Shown in pieces: positions 8,927 through 17,536 of a stretch of 32,000 nucleotides of DNA (position 1 is its first letter; each line of letters opens with the position of its first letter). The notes under the pieces are model-generated. The model was given only the letters and a program-made list of their open reading frames with translations. It made no database searches and was not told the DNA's origin. A program made the translations under genes and the position numbers. The stretch comes from Mycolicibacterium smegmatis (GTDB taxonomy: Bacteria; Actinomycetota; Actinomycetes; Mycobacteriales; Mycobacteriaceae): NCBI RefSeq assembly GCF_001457595.1, contig NZ_LN831039.1, forward strand, positions 5,850,001 to 5,882,000, read 5' to 3'.

Positions 8927-9268
8927 ATGATCTTCCGGCGTCAGACCGCCTGGGCCGTCGCCGCGGCTGCCATCGCGTCCGGCGTGGCATTCGGTACCGC
9001 CCCCGCACACGCGTCGGTCGAGGACGACCGGTATCTGAAAATCGTCGAACAACTCGACATCCCGGGCGAACCCGAGGCCGCCATCCAGGTCGGCCATGAG
9101 ATCTGCAAGGCCGTGGAGGCCGGGAAGATCGAACCCGCCCGCACGGTCCGTGGCGTGATCAACCATCTGATGAACCAGGCCGGAATCAGCAAGGGGCAGG
9201 CCGCCGGCCTGGTCCGCGGCGCGGTCAGCGTCTACTGCCCGCAGTACACCTCACTGGTCGGGCGGTAG
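8927..9268 (+). CDS. Secreted DUF732 family protein
   Basis: Signal peptide ending APAHA; [37 protein letters not shown]...[14 protein letters not shown] is the mycobacterial DUF732 pattern with two Cys. Confidence 0.85.
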   Translation: MIFRRQTAWAVAAAAIASGVAFGTAPAHASVEDDRYLKIVEQLDIPGEPEAAIQVGHEICKAVEAGKIEPARTVRGVINHLMNQAGISKGQAAGLVRGAVSVYCPQYTSLVGR

Positions 9269-9274
9269 CTCCGG

Positions 9275-10321
9275 CTACTTGGTGACCGCCGGGCAGTAAT
9301 GCCACGGGCTGTCGCGCGCGTCCAGCGGCGGCAGGTTGCGCGCCGGTGTCTCGACCAGCGGCGCATCGGCCGGGATGCGGCCCTGGGCACGGTCCCAGCC
9401 TGCGCGGGCACGCGGATGCCTGCGACGGCGCTCGGGCAGCATCTTGAACGTGTAGTGCACTGCCTTGCCGAACAGCCTGTGCAGCTTTTCGTCCCGGTCG
9501 GACCACGTGTAACCCATGAGCTCGCGCACCGGCGGGTCGTAAAGACCCACGGTGACCCAAACTGCGAACGGCCCAAGGATTTTCAGGTTCAGCTTCCACA
9601 ACCAGTCCGGAATCCACTCCAGTGACGGGTGTTTGGGCATGGTCGAGAGGTCGAGCACCTCGCGTGCCGCGTAGTTGTTCTCCAACACGTTGCGGCAGAT
9701 GTGATCCCAGTACTCCTGGAACTCCTCCCACGTTTTGGGCACCGGCCGCATGCTCATGCCGTACTGGCGGTACCAGACGATGTGCTCGTCGAACAGCTGC
9801 CGCTTCTGGTCCTCGGTGAGCCCGCCGCCGAACCGCTCGGCGGTCAGTATCGTGCCCATGAAGAACGTCGAGTGCGCCCAGTAGAAGACGTCGGGGTTCA
9901 GCGCGCTGTAGCGGCGCCCCTGCGAATCGACGCCCTTGATCCCGATGTGGTAACCGCGGACCTGCGCGCCGGTCTGCGGAGCCCGGTCACCGTCGAACAC
10001 GACACCACCGATCGGGTACAGCGAGCGCAGCAGACGCGGGATGCGTTCACGGAAGAAGATCGAGTGCTCCTCGACCGCGGCTCCCAGTTGCGGATGCATG
10101 TTCTGCATGGACCCGGCCCACGGACCCTGCAGCAGACCGCGCCAGTCACCGAAGATCTTCCAGGTCAGGGAGTCCGGGCCGAGGACCTCCGGCGGTGCCT
10201 CGTAGCCGCCGAGAGCCGCGGGGCACCCAGCGGCCGGGCGGGCGGATCCGCTGGTCACCGGGCACGTCTCAGAAGTATCTTGTGTCACAGGATCGCTTTC
10301 TGCCGCGTAAGCGGTAGCCAT
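9275..10321 (-). CDS. Oxygenase MpaB family / DUF2236 protein
   Basis: GDWRGLLQGPWAGSMQNMHPQLGAAVEEHS...ALNPDVFYWAHSTFFMGTILTAERFGGGL...ENNYAAREVL, typical DUF2236 motifs. Confidence 0.82.
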   Translation of the reverse strand: MATAYAAESDPVTQDTSETCPVTSGSARPAAGCPAALGGYEAPPEVLGPDSLTWKIFGDWRGLLQGPWAGSMQNMHPQLGAAVEEHSIFFRERIPRLLRSLYPIGGVVFDGDRAPQTGAQVRGYHIGIKGVDSQGRRYSALNPDVFYWAHSTFFMGTILTAERFGGGLTEDQKRQLFDEHIVWYRQYGMSMRPVPKTWEEFQEYWDHICRNVLENNYAAREVLDLSTMPKHPSLEWIPDWLWKLNLKILGPFAVWVTVGLYDPPVRELMGYTWSDRDEKLHRLFGKAVHYTFKMLPERRRRHPRARAGWDRAQGRIPADAPLVETPARNLPPLDARDSPWHYCPAVTK

Positions 10322-10366
10322 TTCGGGTTTTGACTACGCGTGTTGTCATCGAGCTTAGGAGTACAT

Positions 10367-10951
10367 GTGCCGTCCGGTCAACGACGTGGCCGATGGTCAG
10401 GCGTCCCGTTGCGGGAGCGCACGGCCCTTCGCCGCGACGAACTGATCGCCGCCGGGGTGAAGTTGCTCGGCGCCGCCGACGGGCCGGCGTTGACGGTGCG
10501 CGCGGTCTGCCGGGAAGCCGGACTCACCGAGCGTTACTTCTACGAGTGCTTCAACGACCGCGACGGGTTCGTGCGCGCGGTGTACGACGACGTGTGCGCG
10601 ACGGCGATGTCGGCCCTCACGGCAGCGGACACCCCGCGCAAGGCCGTGGAGCAGTTCGTGTCACTCATGGTCGACGATCCGACGCGCGGCCGGGTCCTGC
10701 TGCTCGCGCCGGAGTCCGAGCCCGTGCTGACGCGGTCGGGCGCGGAGTGGATGCCGAACTTCATCGACCTGTTGCAGCGCAAGCTGACCCGCATCGCCGA
10801 CCCGGTGCGTCAGGCGATGGTCGCCACGAGTTTGATCGGTGCGCTGACGGCGTTGTTCACCGCCTATCTCAACGACCGACTGCCCGCCACGCGCGAACAG
10901 TTCATCGATTTCTGCGTCGACATGCTGCTCGGGCGCGTCGGGAGTTTCTAG
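10367..10951 (+). CDS. TetR family transcriptional regulator
   Basis: N-terminal HTH: LRRDELIAAGVKLLGAADGPALTVRAVCREAGLTERYFYECFNDRDGFVRAVYDD. GTG at 10367 has AGGAG 6 nt upstream. Confidence 0.88.
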   Translation: MPSGQRRGRWSGVPLRERTALRRDELIAAGVKLLGAADGPALTVRAVCREAGLTERYFYECFNDRDGFVRAVYDDVCATAMSALTAADTPRKAVEQFVSLMVDDPTRGRVLLLAPESEPVLTRSGAEWMPNFIDLLQRKLTRIADPVRQAMVATSLIGALTALFTAYLNDRLPATREQFIDFCVDMLLGRVGSF

Positions 10952-10962
10952 GTTGTCGCCGG

Positions 10963-11397
10963 CTACTCGTCCGGCGTGCTGACCTCGGCGAGTTCGCTCT
11001 CTTCCGAGGTCGCCGCCTCGTCGGCGGCCTCCTTGGCCTCACGACCGAGCGTGCTCGCCACCGAGGCACCGGGGTTGGTGGCGGTGGCATGGTCTCCCGC
11101 GCAGTTCAACGACAGTTGAACGACGTTGTCACTGCGCTCCCAGTAGACGTCGTCGGTCATCGGCACGACAGCCGTCGTGGTCCACGCGTTGGTGACGATG
11201 CACTCGTCCTGCGGCAGCCGGCTTCCGACCGTGACGGCGACGTGCGGCGTCCCGCCGCCGTCCTCGATCGCGGTGACGGCATCCGAATAGGGCTGCCCGA
11301 CCACATCGGGGGCAGCCGCGGCCATTCCCGCGCCGCAGAATGCGAGCGCGCAACCTGCGGTCGAGACACCGAGAACAGTTCCGAGTTCGATCTTCAT
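10963..11397 (-). CDS. Secreted PASTA-like protein, paralog 1 of a tandem trio
   Basis: Signal peptide ...AAAAPDVVGQPYSDAVTAIEDGGGTPHVAVTVGSRLPQDECIVTNAW...LNCAGDHATATNPGASVASTLGREAKEAADEAATSEESELAEVSTPDE. Confidence 0.85.
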   Translation of the reverse strand: MKIELGTVLGVSTAGCALAFCGAGMAAAAPDVVGQPYSDAVTAIEDGGGTPHVAVTVGSRLPQDECIVTNAWTTTAVVPMTDDVYWERSDNVVQLSLNCAGDHATATNPGASVASTLGREAKEAADEAATSEESELAEVSTPDE

Positions 11398-11478
11398 CTG
11401 GTGCGGCCTTCCCTATCCGGTGATCACTCCCGGAGAGGCGGGGCGGCCAGCGCCAGATCGTGCTCTCAGTCGCCCCCG

Positions 11479-11500
11479 GCGCACGGCATGGGCCGTGCGC
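11479..11500 (-). terminator. Hairpin between paralogs 2 and 1 (possible factor-assisted terminator)
   Basis: GCGCACGGC-ATGG-GCCGTGCGC, 9-bp perfect arms, no T tract. Confidence 0.35.
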
Positions 11501-11565
11501 TTCCAGGAGCTACCAGGAATTTTAGTACTCGGAGCCACCGAGGGGATGGGCCCGAACGCGCCCGA

Positions 11566-12000
11566 TCACTCGTCGGGGGTGCTGACCTCTTCGAGGCCTT
11601 CCTGCTCTTCGGCGGCCGCCTCGTCGGCGGCGGCCTTGGCCTCGCGCCCGGCCGGGCTGGCGACCGAAGCACCCGGGTTGGTGGCGGTGGCGTGGTCGCC
11701 GTCGCAGTTGAGCGCGACCATCACCTCGCCGTCGGCGTGGCCGAATTCGCCACCGACGTCACGCATGAACGGGGCGTCCCAGGCGTTGGTGACGATGCAG
11801 TCGTCCTGAGACAGCTTGCTGCCCACGGTGACCGCGATCTTGGGCGAGCTTCCGGAGTCCTCGATCGCCGACGACGCATCCGCATAGGTCTCGCCCACGA
11901 CGTCAGGGGCGGCCGCAGCGATGCCCGCACCGAACAGTGCGGTCGAGATCGACGCGGCCGCACCCGCGGCCCCCACCACGACGAGTTTCTTGATGTTCAC
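11566..12000 (-). CDS. Secreted PASTA-like protein, paralog 2 of a tandem trio
   Basis: PDVVGETYADASSAIEDSGSSPKIAVTVGSKLSQDDCIVTNAWDAPF...LNCDGDHATATNPGASVASPAGREAKAAADEAAAEEQEGLEEVSTPDE; GTG start at 12000 with AGGAG upstream. Confidence 0.88.
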   Translation of the reverse strand: MNIKKLVVVGAAGAAASISTALFGAGIAAAAPDVVGETYADASSAIEDSGSSPKIAVTVGSKLSQDDCIVTNAWDAPFMRDVGGEFGHADGEVMVALNCDGDHATATNPGASVASPAGREAKAAADEAAAEEQEGLEEVSTPDE

Positions 12001-12111
12001 GCTGACTCCTTTTCCCCCCGAGTACGCACTACCGATCAGGGGGAGAGTACCCAGCCGAGCGCGCGAGCGCTCGTGAACATCAAGCGAATCTTGCGAGAAG
12101 AAAAGTACGAC

Positions 12112-12525
12112 TCACTCGTCGGGTGTGCTGACCTCTTCGAGGGCAGATTCCTCGGCCGCCGAGGCCTCGTCGGCGGCGGCCTTCGCCTCGCGCCCGAGCG
12201 GGCTGGCGACCGATGCGCCAGGGTTGGTGGCGGTGGCGTGGTCACCGTCGCAGTTCAGCGACACCATCACCACACCACCGGTGTGCTCGAACGTGGGCGC
12301 GTTCCATGCGTTGGTCACGATGCAGTCGTCCTGCGGCAATTTGCTGCCCACGGTGACCGCGATCTTGGGCGAGCCTCCGGAGTCCGAAATGGCCGAGGCG
12401 GCATCCCCGAACGTCGCCCCCACCACATCCGGCGCCGCGGCCGCGGTCCCCGCTCCGAAAACCAGGGTTGCGGTCGCACCGGCGGCAACCGCCGCCGAGG
12501 CCCCAAGAATGCTGCGCTTGTTCAC
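12112..12525 (-). CDS. Secreted PASTA-like protein, paralog 3 of a tandem trio
   Basis: PDVVGATFGDAASAISDSGGSPKIAVTVGSKLPQDDCIVTNAWNAPTF...LNCDGDHATATNPGASVASPLGREAKAAADEASAAEESALEEVSTPDE; GTG at 12525 aligns with paralog 2 start and has GGAGG upstream. Confidence 0.88.
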   Translation of the reverse strand: MNKRSILGASAAVAAGATATLVFGAGTAAAAPDVVGATFGDAASAISDSGGSPKIAVTVGSKLPQDDCIVTNAWNAPTFEHTGGVVMVSLNCDGDHATATNPGASVASPLGREAKAAADEASAAEESALEEVSTPDE

Positions 12526-12730
12526 GTGTGCCCGACCTCCGAGTCTGGGTAACCGAGGGGATGGATGGCTGTCGGGCAAACAAGATCGCTCGACGGCTGA
12601 GCGGATCGTACCGTCATCCCCCGCGTGGCGCAGGGCGCATTGCGGCGCCCCCTGGCGTAACTTGATGTCACCGGGTTACACAGATATATTGACTGCAACC
12701 ACTAGGTACAGATAACTGGGAGAGGGCGCG

Positions 12731-13735
12731 ATGTCGACCGACGATTACACCGACCTCCAGCTCCTGCATGAACTCGAGCCTGTCGTCGAGACCCTCATCG
12801 ACCGCCACATGCGGATGTGCAAGGACTGGAACCCCCACGACTACATCCCGTGGTCCGACGGCAAGAACTATTACGCACTCGGCGGCCAGGACTGGGATCC
12901 GGAGCAGTCGAAACTGTCCGAGGTCGCACGGACCGCCATGGTGCAGAACCTGCTCACCGAGGACAACCTGCCCTCCTACCACCGCGAGATCGCGATGAAC
13001 ATGGGCATGGACGGCGCCTGGGGCCAGTGGGTCAACCGCTGGACCGCCGAGGAGAACCGCCACGGCATCGCGCTGCGCGACTACCTGGTCGTCACGCGTG
13101 CGTGCGATCCGGTTGAGCTCGAAGAGCTGCGCGTCGAGCAGGTCACCCGCGGCTTCTCGCCCGGCCAGAACCAGCAGGGCGACCTGTTTGCCGAGAGCCT
13201 GTTCGACTCGGTCATGTACGTGTCGTTCCAGGAGCTCGCGACCCGCGTGTCGCACCGCAACACCGGTAAGGCCTGCAACGATCCGGTCGCCGACCAGCTG
13301 CTGCAGCGCGTCTCGGCCGACGAGAACCTGCACATGATCTTCTACCGCGATGTGTCGGCAGCCGGCCTCGACATCGCGCCGAACCAGGCCATGGCGTCGC
13401 TGCACCGCGTGCTCGCGAACTTCAAGATGCCCGGCTACACGGTGCCCGACTTCCGCCGCAAGGCCGTCGTCATCGCCGTCGGCGGCGTGTACGACCCGCG
13501 CATCCACCTCGACGACGTCGTGATGCCGGTGCTCCGCAAGTGGCGGATCTTCGAGCGCGAGGACTTCACCGGTGAGGGCGCGCGCCTGCGTGACGACCTC
13601 GGCCGGCTCGTCGAAGAGCTCGAGGACGCCTGCGACAAGTTCGAGGTCGCCAAGGAGCGCCGCCTCGAGCGCGAGCGCAAGATGGCCGAGAAGCGGGAAA
13701 TGAAGAACCTGCTCGTCTCGTCTTCTTCTTCGTGA
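12731..13735 (+). CDS. desA1: Acyl-[acyl-carrier-protein] desaturase
   Basis: Di-iron motifs TEDNLPSYHREI / EENRHG and SADENLHMIFYRD; sequence and neighbourhood match mycobacterial DesA1. Confidence 0.93.
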   Translation: MSTDDYTDLQLLHELEPVVETLIDRHMRMCKDWNPHDYIPWSDGKNYYALGGQDWDPEQSKLSEVARTAMVQNLLTEDNLPSYHREIAMNMGMDGAWGQWVNRWTAEENRHGIALRDYLVVTRACDPVELEELRVEQVTRGFSPGQNQQGDLFAESLFDSVMYVSFQELATRVSHRNTGKACNDPVADQLLQRVSADENLHMIFYRDVSAAGLDIAPNQAMASLHRVLANFKMPGYTVPDFRRKAVVIAVGGVYDPRIHLDDVVMPVLRKWRIFEREDFTGEGARLRDDLGRLVEELEDACDKFEVAKERRLERERKMAEKREMKNLLVSSSSS

Positions 13736-14901
13736 GCCTGACAGCCCTCGATCCGACCCGGTCTGCACTGCAGATCGGGTCGATCGCATTGCACAGCCCC
13801 GTCGTCCTCGCGCCCATGGCGGGCGTGACCAACGTGGCGTTCCGCACGTTGTGCCGGGAACTGGAGATCGCCCGCGCGGGCACCGTGAGCGGTCTGTACG
13901 TGTGCGAGATGGTGACCGCCCGCGCACTCGTCGAGCGCCACCCCGTGACGATGCACATGACAACGTTCGCGCCCGAGGAGTCGCCGCGGTCGCTGCAGCT
14001 GTACACCGTGGACCCGGAGAACACCTACAAGGCCGCCAAGATGATCGTCGAGGAGAACCTCGCCGACCACATCGACATGAACTTCGGCTGCCCGGTGCCC
14101 AAGGTGACCAAGCGCGGCGGCGGCGCGGCCCTGCCGTACAAGCGGCGCCTGTTCGGTCAGATCGTCGCGGCCGCGGTCCGCGCGACCGAGGGCACCGACA
14201 TCCCGGTGACGGTCAAGTTCCGCATCGGCATCGACGACGAGCACCACACGCATCTCGACGCCGGGCGCATCGCGGCCGAGGAAGGCGCGGCCGCGGTCGC
14301 GCTGCATGCCCGCACAGCCGCACAGCGCTACTCCGGAACCGCCGACTGGGAGCAGATCGCTGCCCTCAAGGCACACGTGACCGACATCCCGGTCCTGGGC
14401 AACGGAGACATCTTCGAAGCCGACGACGCGCTGGCCATGATGGACGCGACCGGATGCGACGGCGTGGTGATCGGGCGCGGGTGCCTCGGCCGCCCCTGGC
14501 TGTTCGCGGAACTGTCCGCGGCGTTCAACAACCGGCCCATCCCGACCCCACCCACCCTGGGCGAGGTCGCCGACATCGTGCGCCGCCACGGCGAACTGCT
14601 CAGCCTGCACTTCGGCGAGGACAAGGGCATGCGCGACATCCGCAAACACGTCGCGTGGTACCTGCACGGGTTTCCCGCGGGTGCCGACCTGCGCCGCGCG
14701 CTGGCACTGGTGAAGACGCGCCGCGAGCTCGACGAGCTGCTCGACCAGCTCGACCGTGACGCCCCGTTCCCGCCCGCGGCCACCGGTCCGCGCGGCAGGC
14801 AGGGCTCGGCGTCTTCGGTCCACCTGCCCGAGGGCTGGCTCGACGACCCCGACGACTGCGCGGTGCCCGTCGGCGCCGATGTCATGCACTCGGGCGGCTG
14901 A
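13732..14901 (+). CDS. dusB: tRNA-dihydrouridine synthase
   Basis: LAPMAGVTNVAFRTLCRE, MNFGCPVPKVTKRGGGAAL, VKFRIGIDDEH, HARTAAQRYSG, GNGDIFEADDALAM, GVVIGRGCLGRPWLF. Confidence 0.95.
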   Translation: MSLTALDPTRSALQIGSIALHSPVVLAPMAGVTNVAFRTLCRELEIARAGTVSGLYVCEMVTARALVERHPVTMHMTTFAPEESPRSLQLYTVDPENTYKAAKMIVEENLADHIDMNFGCPVPKVTKRGGGAALPYKRRLFGQIVAAAVRATEGTDIPVTVKFRIGIDDEHHTHLDAGRIAAEEGAAAVALHARTAAQRYSGTADWEQIAALKAHVTDIPVLGNGDIFEADDALAMMDATGCDGVVIGRGCLGRPWLFAELSAAFNNRPIPTPPTLGEVADIVRRHGELLSLHFGEDKGMRDIRKHVAWYLHGFPAGADLRRALALVKTRRELDELLDQLDRDAPFPPAATGPRGRQGSASSVHLPEGWLDDPDDCAVPVGADVMHSGG

Positions 14902-15127
14902 CCTGGCATGACGGGCCCGAGACCCCTTCGAGATCATCCCGTCATCGGCTGTGACTGGCTGGCTCCAAGGTTGTCTAAGTACGATGTTGATCTTGCCGTG
15001 GTCGGCTCCGAGTGGCGGAGTCTCACGGTGTGCTGCTAGAAGACATAGAGAAATTTTCGGCAGCAGCGCCCGCCAACATCACCGCGCACCGACGCGCGCT
15101 GTTCGAACAGTCGGAGGCCGATAGGAC

Positions 15128-17059
15128 ATGAGTGACGGCGATAACGCCACTCCTGGCCGTCGGCGCCACCGCGCCCCGGAAGACGGCTTCACAACCAGTG
15201 GCGAGACCGGCCGGGACGCCGACAGTGAATGGATTACCCGAACGCCGCGGCCTTTACCAGGCGCCGCGCCGTGGGAGCGTCTCGACGACGCGCAATACAC
15301 CGAGGCCCCCGGGCAGCACGCGTCCACCGGCGAGCCGGCGAACGATCCGGTGGACGACGACGCCGAGCCCACCGGCAACCACGCCGACGGTGTCACGGTC
15401 GCCGATCTGATCGCCAAGGTCGCCGGGAGCGACGGCGCCACACCGCGCCGGTCACGGCGGCGACGGGCGGCAGAACCCGACCCCGAGCCCGAGATCCAGC
15501 CGGTTGCGTCGGAACCGCCCGCGTCGGCCGACCCCACCGAGGTCCTGCAGGCGATCCGATACGACGGGTATCCGGGTGGCCACGCGGGTGAGTACCCCGG
15601 CGACCATCCCGACGATGCCTACGCGGGCGCCGCGGATCCGAACCTCAACTCCATCTTCGAACCGGCGTTCGCGCCGATGCCGTTCACCGGCGTGGCTGCC
15701 GCACACCCCGATCTCGACTCATGCGACACCGAGATCATCCCGGCGGTCCCCGCGGCCGACGAGCACGCCGATCTGCCCGACACACATCGTGGTCCCTGGC
15801 GTCGCCGCACACGCCCGCAGCACGTGGGCACCGACGACTTCGACGAACCCCACACACGCCATCCCAACCGCAAGGCCATGATCGTGGGCCGTGCGGCGGC
15901 CGCGATGATCGCGGCACTGACACTCGTGCTGACCGGCGGCGCGTGGCAGTGGCAGTCGTCGAAGAACGACTCCCTCAACAAGGTGGCCGCGCTCGACCTG
16001 GGATCTCGCGACATCCTCGACCCCACCGCGCAGTTCGGTGACGAGAATTTCCTCATCGTCGGCATGGACAGCCGCTTCGGCGAGAACTCGCAGATGGGCG
16101 CGGGCAGCACCGACGACGCCGACGGCGCCCGCTCGGACACCATCATGCTGGTGAACATCCCCGCCAGCCGCGAACGCGTCGTGGCGGTGTCGTTCCCGCG
16201 TGACCTGGCCATCACGCCCATGAAGTGCGAGCCGTGGGATCCCGAGACCGGGACGTACGGCCCCGTGTGGGACGAGGCGTCGGGCACGTACGGCCCCGAC
16301 GAGGTCTACACCGAGACCAAGCTGAACTCGGCGTTCGCGTTCGGCGGCCCCAAGTGCCTGGTGAAGGTGATCCAGAAGATCTCCGGTCTGTCCGTCAACC
16401 GGTTCATGGCGGTCGACTTCGCCGGGTTCTCGAAGATGGTCGACGCGCTCGGCGGTGTCGAGGTGTGCAGCACCACGCCGCTGGAGGACTACGAGCTCGG
16501 CACCGTGCTGGCCAACGCGGGCAGACAGATCGTCGACGGGCACACCGCGCTGAACTACGTGCGCGCCCGGCAGGTCACCACCGAGTACAACGGCGACTAC
16601 GGCCGCATCAAACGCCAGCAGTTGTTCCTGTCGTCGCTGCTGCGCTCGCTGATCTCCAAGGACACGTTCTTCTCGTTGAGCAAGCTCAACAACGTCGTCA
16701 ACATGTTCATCGCCGACAGCTACGTCGACAACATCAAGACCAAGGACCTCGTCGACCTCGGGCAGTCGGTGCAGGGCGTCAACGCCGGTCGCATCACGTT
16801 CGTGACCATCCCGACCACGGGTTACGCCGACGAGTGGGGCAACGAGCAGCCGCGAATGGACGACGTGCGGGCGCTGTTCGACGCGATCATCAACGACGAC
16901 CCGCTGCCCGGGGAGAAGAACCCGGACAACACGCCCGTCCCGGGCACCCCCGAGTCGGCCACCAACGCCGCTCAGGCGCCGGAGGCCCCGAGGCCAGCGG
17001 CACGCCGCAGACCGAGGCGGCGCCCGCTCCCGAGTCCGCCGAGATGGTCGACACCGTGA
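15128..17059 (+). CDS. LytR-CpsA-Psr (LCP) family protein, frame-disrupted before its C-terminal domain
   Basis: TM segment then LCP domain DNFLIVGMDSR...GARSDTIMLVNIPASRERVVAVSFPRDLAI...NRFMAVDFAGFSKMVDALGGVEVCST...GHTALNYVRARQVTTEYNGDYGRIKRQQLFLSSLL; frame then runs into low-complexity ARRRPRRRPLPSPPRWSTP*. Confidence 0.92.
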   Translation: MSDGDNATPGRRRHRAPEDGFTTSGETGRDADSEWITRTPRPLPGAAPWERLDDAQYTEAPGQHASTGEPANDPVDDDAEPTGNHADGVTVADLIAKVAGSDGATPRRSRRRRAAEPDPEPEIQPVASEPPASADPTEVLQAIRYDGYPGGHAGEYPGDHPDDAYAGAADPNLNSIFEPAFAPMPFTGVAAAHPDLDSCDTEIIPAVPAADEHADLPDTHRGPWRRRTRPQHVGTDDFDEPHTRHPNRKAMIVGRAAAAMIAALTLVLTGGAWQWQSSKNDSLNKVAALDLGSRDILDPTAQFGDENFLIVGMDSRFGENSQMGAGSTDDADGARSDTIMLVNIPASRERVVAVSFPRDLAITPMKCEPWDPETGTYGPVWDEASGTYGPDEVYTETKLNSAFAFGGPKCLVKVIQKISGLSVNRFMAVDFAGFSKMVDALGGVEVCSTTPLEDYELGTVLANAGRQIVDGHTALNYVRARQVTTEYNGDYGRIKRQQLFLSSLLRSLISKDTFFSLSKLNNVVNMFIADSYVDNIKTKDLVDLGQSVQGVNAGRITFVTIPTTGYADEWGNEQPRMDDVRALFDAIINDDPLPGEKNPDNTPVPGTPESATNAAQAPEAPRPAARRRPRRRPLPSPPRWSTP

Positions 17060-17460
17060 CCACCGAGCCGCAGGAGGTCACCGTCAAGGTGTCCAACTCG
17101 ACCGGACAGAGCGGGCTCGCGGCGACCGCGGCCGGCGAGCTCGAGCAGCACGGTTTCAACGTCACGACGCCCGACGACTACCCCGGCCCGCTGGACGCCA
17201 CCACGGTGTTCTTCTCCCCCGGCAACGAGGAGGCGGCCGCGACCGTCGCGTCGTCGTTCTCCAACGCCGCCATCGAGCGGGTCACCGGCCTCGGGGACGT
17301 GGTCCAGGTGGTGCTCGGATCCGACTTCATGGCCGTGAACCCGCCCAGCCCGAGCGGTTCCACCGTCCAGGTCAAGATGGTGCGCGGCACCAGCAGCACG
17401 CCGACGGAGTTGCCCGAGGATCTCTCGGTCACCAACGCCGCGGACGCCACCTGCGAGTGA
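16990..17460 (+). pseudogene. LytR_C domain of the LCP gene in the other frame
   Basis: EASGTPQTEAAPAPESAEMVDTVTTEPQEVTVKVSNSTGQSGLAATAAGELEQHGFNVTTPDDYPGPLDATTVFFSPGNEEAAATVASSF... is a classic LytR_C domain, continuous with the LCP gene after a one-base shift at the C run 16986-16989. Confidence 0.8.
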
Positions 17461-17536
17461 GCCTGCGGACGCCATTCACCCGGCGTTCACCAGCAGCTTC
17501 GTGACTCCGCGGTCCCCGACGGCCTAATCTGGGTGC

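Noticed and set aside
10330-12552. 740-aa plus-strand ORF spanning the TetR gene and opposite to the three PASTA-like genes
   Set aside because: Sequence is Arg/Gly-rich repetitive frame-shadow of GC-rich DNA; the periodic similarity inside it mirrors the antisense paralogs, and real domains are all in the other frames.
12668-13963. 431-aa minus-strand ORF opposite desA1
   Set aside because: Antisense shadow of desA1. An antisense sRNA to desA1 is known in M. tuberculosis, but nothing in this sequence alone proves one here.
13435-14937. 500-aa minus-strand ORF opposite desA1 3' end and dusB
   Set aside because: Dense His/Val/Arg composition typical of antisense frames; dusB and desA1 are unambiguous on the plus strand.
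16225-16985. Upstream part of the second-frame ORF across the LCP domain
   Set aside because: Only the portion after about 16990 is the LytR_C domain; upstream residues are frame shadow of the LCP domain.
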